Source: Licmophora abbreviata (taxonomy: Eukaryota). From it: a DNA stretch of 33,231 nucleotides. The DNA lies in the NCBI GenBank assembly GCA_900291995.1, contig OLMU01000222.1:1-33231 (forward strand), written 5' to 3'. Under the pieces are notes generated by a model that was not told the DNA's origin, did no database searches, and worked only from the letters and a program-made list of their open reading frames with translations. Positions 19,944-33,231 of the stretch are shown one piece after another. How positions within the stretch are numbered: position 1 is the stretch's first letter; the number at the start of each line of letters is the position of its first letter. The translations under genes and the position numbers were made by a program.

Positions 19944-21719
19944 CTAGCTAGCAGCACGATTGTTGTAGTGTCGACAAACTTCGCTGCAAATGTGCAGGTC
20001 CCACAGAGCACGCCAAAGCCATTTCTCCAGTCCTTTCTGGTGATTATCGTAAGATGGAGAACCTCCTCCCTTTGTCTGCCACCGTTGCATGCAGAAAGCG
20101 CAGTCTGATGCAAGCTGCAACGCGACGTATTTGACCAAAAGTTGTCTCACTGCCTCTTCGCCGTCAAGCATTTCTTCAACAATGCGTTCCAGCACAAGAG
20201 CGAAAGCTTCCGTTGTATTCTCCAGAAGTTCCTTCGTTCGAGCGGTCAGCTGTATCGTGTCGCCGAGCGGAGACGGCTCGAAGCGATTGACCCAGCTTGT
20301 CCCATCTGCAGTTTCTTCCATACCAAGAGTGTGAAAGAAGGACATAAGAAACTTGGTAAGGAACGCAGGAATGGGCTGGAGAGAAGGCTGTCCCAAGTCA
20401 AACAGCCACAGTCGACCGTCGGAGAAAAACATATTGTGGATGCCGGCATCCGTCAAGCCGCAATTCCAGACCCGATGTGTAGCCGAAACCCCCGTGGTAG
20501 AGGAAGCGTCACGAAGAAGACTCAGCCACGTCTCCTGTATTTCGTATAATGGAATGCGAGCATCAGGTACCTTCAGACCAAAGAGGCGAGCTAATTCGGA
20601 ACGACAAGCGAGAAAGTACTCTTCCATTGCCCTCGCTGGCAGCTCCTCTTCAGGCCTTAGCATTAATCGACCATCCATCATGGCTAGTCCCAATTCCCGA
20701 GTCAGCTTCAGCCGCCCTTTTGTCGGATGAAAATTTTTGTATACGGAGAACCCGACAAAGGCGTTGGCCAAGGGAGAGACGCCATCCGCGGTCGTGGTTG
20801 CATCCGCACGTTCCACTTCGTCTCTAACCATCTTTGCAACATCGCGTTCTTCTTCTGTTGCAAGCTCCTGCAGGGCGCGCAATACTGCAATAAACTGATC
20901 AATCATTGAATTGAGCGTGTCGCCACGTAGTTCTCCCGAAAGGTACAACGACGAGGCGGTGCGGGGATTGTGCCCTCCAATGGTAGATTGCGCGATCGAA
21001 AACTTGCAGAAATGCTTGCGCTGGAAGTTTCGCAAGTTCAGAACCAGATCCGCTAAAGCTCCGAACCCACAGGAGACAACGCCCTCATCAATATCGTACT
21101 GACTCAATAAAACCGTCGTGCCACGCTTTCGTACGTCCAAACTACAACTCTTTCCGAAGCAAACGGAGAACCGTCTTTGATATGCGGTGAACAGCAGTTC
21201 AGCATCGCCATTGCCATGTATTGAGTTGTGGAGCGAATCTTGACTTGGGTTCCTAGACCAGGCCACAACTGACCGTTGAACGACATCCCAAAGCTCCTGG
21301 GAGCGGACTCGAATGTGGTTCGGACTAATGTATATCCCCTTGAAGGTCGGTATCCGGGAACGGAGCTCTTCCGCCGCAGTCTCCGATCGACTGAGTAGCT
21401 CGTGTTCGATCTCGGCAAGCCCAAAGACTTCTCCCACGTCCTTGTGATCTCCATGCTTCCACACCAACTTCTCCGAGAACACTTCCCCCGCAAACACGGT
21501 AGTTCCACTGCCTCCGCCCTTGAGAAGTTGCGTGTTACGGATGGATGCTGGTGCGTAAATGTTGGGATGCAGCTCGTTGAGATTGCGGTCTTCTACGAAG
21601 CGAAACGTCGCTCTCCTGCCATCCCACGAGATCCAAAGTCCATACGCTTTCTCTTCCTCGATGCATGGTGACTCCAGCAGTACCTCAGGGCCGTTCTCTT
21701 TTGTCCATGCTCTCACCAT
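19944..21719 (-). CDS. Hypothetical protein with atypical (APH/choline-kinase-like) kinase motifs, 591 aa, single exon
   Basis: Long ATG-initiated ORF with LKGGGSGTTVF (Gly loop), LVWK, LTDAGIHNMFF (catalytic-loop-like DxxxxN) and LWLFDLG (DFG-like). The gene is well supported; the function is tentative. Confidence 0.7.
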   Translation of the reverse strand: MVRAWTKENGPEVLLESPCIEEEKAYGLWISWDGRRATFRFVEDRNLNELHPNIYAPASIRNTQLLKGGGSGTTVFAGEVFSEKLVWKHGDHKDVGEVFGLAEIEHELLSRSETAAEELRSRIPTFKGIYISPNHIRVRSQELWDVVQRSVVAWSRNPSQDSLHNSIHGNGDAELLFTAYQRRFSVCFGKSCSLDVRKRGTTVLLSQYDIDEGVVSCGFGALADLVLNLRNFQRKHFCKFSIAQSTIGGHNPRTASSLYLSGELRGDTLNSMIDQFIAVLRALQELATEEERDVAKMVRDEVERADATTTADGVSPLANAFVGFSVYKNFHPTKGRLKLTRELGLAMMDGRLMLRPEEELPARAMEEYFLACRSELARLFGLKVPDARIPLYEIQETWLSLLRDASSTTGVSATHRVWNCGLTDAGIHNMFFSDGRLWLFDLGQPSLQPIPAFLTKFLMSFFHTLGMEETADGTSWVNRFEPSPLGDTIQLTARTKELLENTTEAFALVLERIVEEMLDGEEAVRQLLVKYVALQLASDCAFCMQRWQTKGGGSPSYDNHQKGLEKWLWRALWDLHICSEVCRHYNNRAAS

Positions 21720-22029
21720 GGTGCTGGTCCCGGTCGAGTGTCTAGAGAGAGCGTGAGTCGAGTCGAAATAGTCTCAACAACAGGCTACGAGGGCTTCGCT
21801 CCGATAAAACGGCATGATGCTAACAGAGCAAACATCAGAATCGAATGAATCAATCAACAAAATCTGGGTGAGACCATTGGCTTCTGCACTACTAAGAGCA
21901 CCTATTCCAAGTAGAACTGCATTTTATGCATCTTTGATCCTATATGTACTCGTTTCACTAGCTGATTCACATGGACCTTGTTTAGTTGCTTTGGACGATC
22001 GGTATTCTGGCGCTCACGACATCTGGAGC

Positions 22030-22473
22030 TCAAGCCTTCGGGTTGCTAATGACTTTCACCTTGCCGCCCTCGTTTCGGATCCACGGCCACGCCTGATCAT
22101 CGAGAACACACTCCTTGGCAATATCCCAGGAGCTGATGATGCCGACGAACTCATCCGAGTCACCGACGACAATCGCGTGGTGGATCTTGTTGCCTTCAAT
22201 GACACGAGCGGCTCTGTCTCGCGACACGTTGTGCTTCACAGTCTTGAGTTCATGGGTCATTATCTCAGAAACAGAGGCATTCAATGCCACTCCCTTCTTG
22301 TAGGCCTTGGTCGTGTCCGTCTTGGTGACGATTCCCACGGGCTTGTCATCTTTGATGACGACGATAGCAGACACCTTGTTGTCCAGCATCCGGTCCAGGG
22401 CGATGCTAACAGAGTCGGCCTCTTCGCACTTGACAACTTTATCGGCAGGAAGCATGAAACCAGAGACGAGCAT
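22030..22473 (-). CDS. Stand-alone CBS-pair (Bateman domain) protein, 147 aa
   Basis: Two CBS repeats: ALDRMLDNKVSAIVVIKDDKPVGIVTKTD and VSEIMT...VIEGNKIHHAIVVGDSDEFVGIISSWDI. Confidence 0.9.
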   Translation of the reverse strand: MLVSGFMLPADKVVKCEEADSVSIALDRMLDNKVSAIVVIKDDKPVGIVTKTDTTKAYKKGVALNASVSEIMTHELKTVKHNVSRDRAARVIEGNKIHHAIVVGDSDEFVGIISSWDIAKECVLDDQAWPWIRNEGGKVKVISNPKA

Positions 22474-22860
22474 GATAAGTTCTTTGTCTTTTTGGATGAA
22501 AGATAAGTACGACTATTGTCTTCTATCGTGAGAATGATGATGTTGTCCTTCGTTTTTCTTGAGTTTTGTGATGGGCGGGTTCTCATCCTGAATCCCGTCG
22601 CCGGCGCGCGCGACGAAAGCGCGTAGCGGGCCTCAAGTTGAAGTCAAGCACAGCCGCACAAAAACAAAAAGATCGCGCCAGTGCGAGAGTTGGATTTTCG
22701 ATTGTGTTTGCACACATCATCTCTGAAGCCAACTAGCTGGTTCCTGGCTCGAAAGCCGCAGCGTTTCATTCACTTATTCTAGGGTCGAGCTACACTTTGT
22801 GCGTTTGCTTGGTCATGCATGCTAAACTTGGCTATACACGGATCAGCGACGAGACGAGAA

Positions 22861-25727
22861 ATGGACACCTGGCGACCGAAATGGCGCGGGCCGATTTCGA
22901 TAACTCTATTGACCGTCGCTGCGGTGCTTCTACGCTACACTGCGGAAGCATTGGCGTTTTCGACTTTAGCTACTCAGAAGCGGAGCATTTATGACCTTCC
23001 TGCCATTTTGGCCGCGGCATCATTGGTAGACAGCTGTGATTCTGGAACTGGGCTTTTCAGTAGAACAGAGCTGGACGAGTCACCCGACCACTCTACGGAC
23101 AAGAACATTCGGACTGTGCAATCCAGTCAGGCAAAATCAGTCCTTTCCGACGCTCCCGCGGTCTTGCTCAAATCTGGTCCGGGGACGGGAAAGACGTACG
23201 CTCTAGCATCTCGTATAGGTCACTTGATACGATCGGGTGCAGCTCGACCTGAGCAAATGGTGGTCCTGAGCTTCACAAATCGTGATGCACAGCTTCTGAA
23301 GGACCGATCGCTAGAAATGATGTTCGAAAGGTCAGAAGAAATGGGGATGGAAAAGCTAGAAGCTTCCAAACGAGACGTTTCATCTAGATTATGGAGTGGT
23401 ACGATCCACGCGTTCTCGTCGTCTATCATCAGATCGCACAGTCGGTCCAAGAAGAGATTTCGAGTGCTCACCTCCAAAGAAATACGCTCAAGAGTGGATC
23501 GATGCTTACACGCAGTTCTTGACGAAAAGCGTTACACCAGTCAATCACAACGTACTGTCAAAGCGCTAAAGAGGATTCGAATCGCGCATCGCGATGCCTT
23601 GGCGGATGTACAGCAGTCTCGAGGCATGGTAATCCATCAGATTGGTCGCTGCCTGGAAATTTGGAAGGAAGCTCGTCTCCTTTCCCCTCCCACAGTGGTC
23701 GGTGTTGATTCTTCTGTCATGGAGGAATATCCCAGGGGGCGGTCGTTGCGCGATACATGTCTTGAGCTCTCTACGCGTCTTGGAATATCACAGAATGTCG
23801 CTCTGCTCGCGCTGTACATAACCCCGGAGTACCAGGTAAGGGACAGCCGTCCAAGCGTGCCATGCACTGTCCAGCGTTTTTGGATCCATGTAAAGATTCA
23901 CTCAATACTGTCGCGATTGTCGTTACACAGAGCCTACAAGCCATTCATTCGACTGCCGATCCGTCGGACTTAGCTTCGATAGCGTACGGAGTACTCATTT
24001 CAGACAAGAAAGCCCTCGCTCGTTTTCGCGACAAGCTGAAGCATATTATTGTCGATGAGTACCAGGATGTAAGTGTCGCACAGCACGCTCTCATTCGGCT
24101 GATCGTACGAGGAGATACTGCTCGCGGACTTGGAAGCTCGATAGATATGCCGCCCGTCTTAGAGACCAAGAGGCCTACCGATCTCTCAAACGATGATGCT
24201 GCTTGTTTCAGCGTGCCCAATTTGTTTTGTGGCGGAGACTCCAACCAGTCAATCTATGGCTGGAGAGGGGCAGCCCCGTCCCTTACAGTGGATAATTTCC
24301 GTACCGACTATCCTCAAGGCATTGTTGTTTCGCTAGACACTTGCTTTCGCTTGTCTCCGAGCTCGTGGGATACCGCAAGTGCCTTTATCGGCGACGGGCA
24401 AGGAGACGCGCGAGGAGTCAAGTCGTTCAATTGTAGAAAAAACAAGAAAGTTGTAAGAGTGGCAGATGGCAGTGCTACACTGCCGATGTTGCTTTCGTCT
24501 GACACAAACGACTTGGGCACACCGATTCGTATCGAAGGACTCTGGGACGCGAGAGAGGAAGCAAAGTCGATCGCTTGGAACATTCGCAAGCGTTCCAAGT
24601 CTCGTTTGAAACGTTTTGCAAAGGCACTTAGCTCGCTAGTCGGGGTGAAGGACCGGGCAAGCGCTCTAGCCCCAGCAGATATTGTCGATCCTTCTGATGT
24701 GGCCATCATGGTGCGCTCTGGAAATCATCTCGAGCTGATCGAAGAAGCCCTTGTCGCTGTCGGCATTCCGTTTGTGGTCTGCCAGAATGAGTCAGCTCAG
24801 TCAACTATACCTCGCACTGCGATCAGCAGCAATGTCCAGCTACTGAACATGAAACCCGTAGTGCTAATGACAATGCATAGAGCCAAAGGGGAAGAGTACG
24901 ACGATGTGTACTTGGCAGGATGGACCGAAGGTGTCTTTCCTCACCCTACTTCTGTCTCAACAAACCGTGTTCACGAAGAACGCCGTCTTGCGTACGTCGC
25001 CTTGACTCGGGCTCGTGGCCAAGTGATGATAACTCACTCGTTTATGAGAAGGGCACTTCACCGTGGACCTGATCTGTCGACAAAATATGTAACAGAGCAA
25101 GTACGGCCGAGTCGTTTCTTGCATGAGCTTGTTCCACGTGCGAGGTTCTCAAACGAAGACGTCGTTGACAACTCATCAGAATCCCGTGGAGTGAAAGGTC
25201 ACTGTTCTGTGCCGAGCGTGATTTGGAATCGCGCGCGCGGTATCAAGGAGCATGTTGCCGGAAGCTCTCTGCCCGACTACTTTGCCAAGTCGTACAGAGT
25301 ACCAAAGGGCTTTGTCTCGACGGAGATTCAGAATGCATTGCACTCAGATCCTGAGAACACGATCTTGATGAACAATTCAGAAGAGAGAGAAACGAGCCGT
25401 GACGATGGCGTCGCCTGTCGTCCTCAGCTCAGTGAGACCGATGAGATACTAGTGGACACGATCGATAAAGCGTTCAATGAAATCCGAGAAAAGAAACGAG
25501 GAACGGAGAAAAAGTATCGGGCAAAATTTCGAGAGCTGTTGAAAGTGCGCTTTGGCATTGCACGTGGAAGAGCACTTGTACTCGATTGTCCCAATTCGAG
25601 TGCTATCTCTCCTGACGGGCTGGTGCTCGCGAGGAAAGCCACCAGAACGAAACCACTTTGCAAGTGTAAGGCCATGGAGCTGGGACAATACGTCTACTAT
25701 CTCATCGTCTCCGGTGACGAAGAGTGA
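22861..25727 (+). CDS. UvrD/Rep/PcrA-family SF1A DNA helicase, predicted plastid-targeted; exons 22861-23835 (alternative ATG 22819), 23931-25727
   Basis: Motifs SGPGTGKT, LSFTN, GTIHAF, IIVDEYQD, GDSNQSIYGWRGA, VAIMVR, MTMHRAKGEEYDDV, EERRLAYVALTRAR. Intron 23836-23930 is GTAAG..CAG, phase 0. A hydrophobic signal is followed by ALA-FST. Confidence 0.9.
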
Positions 25728-25948
25728 TCAATACGCAACTTGCAATGGACAATAGAGATGAAACAACGCTACTACCATAAAACGAAGTCAGACCGCTACA
25801 CCAATATTCATCGAACAGGCAATGTTCAGATGTTACACTCTAGATAGATCGAGAAGAACTCAATCGGAATTTTCAAACCGCCGCGAAAGACACGATCCGA
25901 TCCTCATGCGTCACCCCGTTGCATTACAAATCAACATCGCCAGCTGCA

Positions 25949-27206
25949 TCAAAGAGGATCATCAAGTGTGACATCAAGCACTCGCGACAAGCAATCCCCC
26001 ATACCAATGAAAATCTCATTCGAATCTGCAAATGAGTTGAAGGGGAGCGGTATCAATCCAGAACCGTTACTCTCTGCATGAAGGAAAGAGCTAGGCGGTT
26101 GGGGGGGAGGAACCTCGCGTATTAAGCCGCCGGGACTGGTGCGATCGATGCCAACTCTACCCGAAAGACTCGAACGCAAGCCGGTCAGGGGCGAACAGTT
26201 GATACCCGAATACAAGGATTGTGACGGCTCGATATGGAAAGGTGAAGCGTCTCCCGCGAGGAGGCTCATGTATGAGTCGCCCCAGTCTTGATCCTGGTCG
26301 ACGGTCACCGGCGATTGAAAGCTCGATTCGAGCGACAAAGAGATTGACGACGGCGTCGGCATGGATCCTGAACTTTTCTTTTCCTTGGGACTGACTGGGA
26401 GGGGGCCCTTCGTTGACTGACCATTATCTTCGCGATCGACTGATTCTGTAGATGCAGTAGTGGATCCTTTCGCATGTTTGCTGCCTCGCGTATTCTTCGT
26501 TTTCGTCTGACTGTCCGGGGGAGTCTTGGAGTCATCGCTCTTGGTGCGGACGTAGCCTTGACACGTGATCACGCCTCGAGCCTGCTTGTTCGAACGTCTT
26601 CGAGAACGACGTTGGCACCTGATGAGAGCGAGTTGGGCTGGATCGACTTGGCGATGAAACTCAGGGTGACGAAAAGCTCCACAAAGCCTGTGAGTCGGGT
26701 CAAAGTACGTCGTTCGGCAACAGAGATGCTTTAGATTGATGAATCACAAAGAGAAAGCACGAAACATGATCAACAACTTACTCTCGAGACGGATTAGGAT
26801 CCTTCTTCCAACCGTACTTATTGAGCTGACGCTGCAACGATTTGTACTGCGAATGGTTGAAAAACCTGCGTAGGATTTCTGGTAGCTTGCGGTGTTTGCT
26901 GTGGATCCGGAAGGCGCTGCCATTCTGCACCCACTCAATGACATCTGGATTTTCTACGGCTGTTTCCGAAACCATTGCGTACACCCGGTCAGGGAATCGG
27001 GGAGTCGCCGTGTCGATCCACAATGATCCTGTATCCGGTACGTTCGCACGAGGCGTATTCATGTTGCCGCTGCGAGGAGACTTCTGCAGCGACGGATCGT
27101 GTGGCGTTACGGCGAGCGGGAGCACTGGACTCTTGTCGGACGCAGTGGCAAGCTGCAGCAAGCCAGCACGATTGTCGTGGCACGGAGATTCCAATGTAGT
27201 AGCCAT
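25949..27206 (-). CDS. Heat shock transcription factor (HSF-type DNA-binding domain); exons 27206-26782, 26687-25949
   Basis: FPDRVYAMVS...VIEWVQNGSAFRIH...ILRRFFNHSQYKSLQRQLNKYGW spliced (intron 26781-26688) to LCGAFRHPEFHR, which completes the HSF DNA-binding domain. Ser/Pro-rich C-terminus. Confidence 0.9.
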
Positions 27207-27435
27207 ACTCGAACGACAACCAGGGGAGTCTCTTGACGACGGGAGATATTGCGTAATGACAGTAAGTCGCGGCAACCCTGTACCGGTAAGGATGATCTTC
27301 GAAGGCAATCTCGAAGCGTATTCTGATGCACTCAATGACAAGGATGTCTAGTGCGAAAGTCGAGAGCCGTCAAAGGTTCTTTGGGTAAGAGTACAACGCA
27401 AAGACATGCATTCATTGATTCACTCGTGATTATTG

Positions 27436-27738
27436 TCATACCTCCGATATCGTTTCGCGTCGCTGTCGCTTGTCGGGGCGCTCAACAGTTTTGACAGGCG
27501 AGAAAGGCAGCGTGGCGATAGTGTTTGCCACCTCTGACGACCACGACGTACTTGTATCGCTCATCGACAGGGTAGTAGGCTTCAAGAGCGCGCCAAGCGC
27601 CTTTTGGTCGTAGGTTTGATGCTTAGCCACCACGGGCGAGGCAAATTCAAGTACCACTGGACTCCTCTGCGGTGGTGTCGTGTCGTCGATCACTGGCGTT
27701 CCGAACGTGAAGCGATGGTTCACGGGAATGTCGTCCAT
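27436..27738 (-). CDS. Possible small Ser/Thr/Pro-rich hypothetical protein or terminal exon
   Basis: ORF of about 100 codons fills the gap between HSF and ARP1 and ends in a basic PDKRQRR. No recognisable domain, and no upstream exons could be established. Confidence 0.3.
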   Translation of the reverse strand: MDDIPVNHRFTFGTPVIDDTTPPQRSPVVLEFASPVVAKHQTYDQKALGALLKPTTLSMSDTSTSWSSEVANTIATLPFSPVKTVERPDKRQRRETISEV

Positions 27739-28342
27739 GCTCACTGCTACTCGTAGTTGTACAAGGTGCGGTCGATCGATTGAGAAGGTCCACTATAGAT
27801 CTACTGGACTGCGATGGCGCTGGATCGCGGACGCTCGGACGGTTCCTTTGCATCGGCGGCAGAAACTGGATGCCATGCGCCATCACATTGAGCATACTAT
27901 ACCATCGGAACGAACCACTGTCGCGCGTACCAAAGCTACATACGAGGCGCCGAACGCCTTTTTTGGCGGGAAAAAGGAAGATCGTACCAGAATAGTCTAC
28001 GTAGAGTTCTACGTAATTTGAAACGGCGCATGCAAAGAGACGACCCCGATTGCTGGACGTTTCCTTTGTTACAAGTGATCACACAAGTGCTTCCTCCACC
28101 GTCATGGGGCGCCATGATGCCATGAACAATGAATTGAGAACGACGAAAAGTGTTTGACACGCCATGATCGCAGGTTCGTAGGTGAGTCGAGTGGGTCGTA
28201 GTCACAACTTGACGCATCGAATGGGCGCACCCAGACTCAGCCGGGTTCCTGATTCCTCATCAATGTACATAGATTCACCTAGGAACTGACGTAGAAATCA
28301 GAGCATTGCATCGGCTGTGTGTAAAAAAAAGCAAAAGTGACC

Positions 28343-29740
28343 ATGGCGAGCGCCGATGCTTCGGGCGACGCCGCCGGTGCCACCGCGCAAGATCCCAGCA
28401 GCTCGATCCTTCTCAATCAGCCTATAGTACTGGATAATGGAACGTCGTGTATCAAAGCTGGATTCGCAGGAGGCTCCAAGCCGAAAGTATGTCTGCGTTG
28501 TCCGATCTTCTCGTGCGTACACTATCATACGGCTGATGTCTTGTTTCTCACCCTGACTTGACTCTCCCTCCTACTTTCTCTAAAGGTTGTCGTTGGCACG
28601 AAAATTGGAAGAGCCAAGCACATGCGCATGATGCCAGGTGGAGCGCTCGATCAGGATCAAGATCGGTCAGGACCGTCGTCGATCTTTGTGGGACGAAAGC
28701 TTGACGACCACCGAGGCGCCTTCCTGCTGGAGTACCCAATGGACCATGGCCAAGTCGTCGACGGATCATGGGATGCCATGGAACGAATCTGGGAGGTATG
28801 AAAGTCCGAGACAAAGTTTGTTAGGTGTCCGTCGCTCTCGCTGCTCTAACTGCTGCTCCCGTGATCTCTGCCACCCTAGCACGTCTACTCAAAGTCCAAT
28901 CTAAACGCTCGAATGGAGGAGCATCCTGCTTTGCTGACAGAGGCCCCCCTCAGTGCTAGATACAATCGCGACAAGACGGCCGAAGTGTTCTTTGAGACCT
29001 TTCGGACTCCCGCTCTCTTCTTCGCGCCTCCAGCAGTGCTCAGCTTGTATGCTTCTGGTCGCACGACAGGCGTCGTTTTGGATGTCGGCGAAGGCGTCAC
29101 ACACTGTGTCCCGGTCTACGAGGGTTACGCGCTGCCTCATTCTGTGACGCGTAGTGATGTTGCAGGACGAGACGTGACGCAGCACTTGCAGCTCCAGCTT
29201 CGTCGGTCTGGGTTAAACTTTACAACCACAGCTGAGGCGGATCTTGTCAAGACTATGAAGGAGGAAGTCTGCTTCGTCGCCCCAGGTGGATCTACGGACG
29301 AAACGGTTGAGAAAGATTCCAAAACGCAGTACCAACTCCCAGATGGTGAAGCAGTCACTGTTTCGTCGGAACGCTACCGTGCTCCTGAATTGTTGTTCAA
29401 CCCGTCGCTTATTGGGTCCGAGGAACTCGGAGCGGCGGATGTTCTTGTCAATTCCATCTTCAAGAGCGACCTCGATTTGCGATCGACCCTCTTCTCTCAG
29501 ATCGTTTTGGCAGGAGGGTCAACGTTGCTACCCGGCTTTGGCGACCGAATGCTCTATGAGGTGCGATCTCGTTCGCCGGCGCACACACGTATACGAATCT
29601 CGGCACCTCCGGAACGAATAAACTCAACCTACGTAGGAGGTTCGATTCTGGCCAGTCTCGCGACGTTCAAGTCCATGTGGGTGACAAAGGCCGAATACGA
29701 AGAGCGTGGCAGCGGCGCCTTGCACCGCAATGAACTCTAA
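28343..29740 (+). CDS. ARP1: Actin-related protein 1 (centractin, dynactin subunit); exons 28343-28486, 28586-28795, 28880-29740
   Basis: NQPIVLDNGTSCIKAGFAG, GRAKHMRMMPGGAL, EEHPALLTEAPL, SLYASGRTTGVVLDVGEGVTH, IVLAGGSTLLPGFGDR, RIRISAPPER. These features are Arp1-like rather than conventional actin. Confidence 0.88.
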
Positions 29741-29824
29741 GCCGCAGTCAAGTCTCTCAAATAGCATTCTACTACCTATTCTAGCCCAGACATCAGAAAA
29801 TACTAGTGTGTCGCCTACTAAGCT

Positions 29825-33231
<3,407 letters not shown>

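Noticed and set aside
21814..22506. 230-aa plus-strand ORF
   Set aside because: Antisense shadow of the clear CBS-pair gene, with no motifs of its own.

Overview
Gene-dense eukaryotic genomic DNA, most likely a pennate diatom (stramenopile). This is inferred from short 76-109 nt GT-AG introns, several with CTAAC-type branch sites, and from bipartite signal+transit 'ASAFAP'-type N-termini. Thirteen protein-coding genes can be modelled, in order: small Tim chaperone, VPS18, secreted prolyl 4-hydroxylase, ABCC transporter, CASP/COY1 golgin, SDR, mitochondrial S18, kinase-like unknown, CBS-pair protein, UvrD/Rep helicase, HSF, ARP1 and a 5'-truncated SRPK. The standout is a minus-strand tRNA-Gly(CCC) gene (16972-16809) split in its variable loop by a 93-nt insert with the hallmarks of a U2-type spliceosomal intron (GTAAG...CCTAAC...pyrimidine tract...CAG). 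Removing it gives an exact 71-nt cloverleaf. Also notable: two apparent +1 frameshifts in G runs (VPS18, CASP; probably assembly errors), a VHL-beta-like domain fused to the prolyl hydroxylase, and predicted plastid-targeted ABCC and UvrD proteins. All family calls are by eye from motifs; no searches were run.
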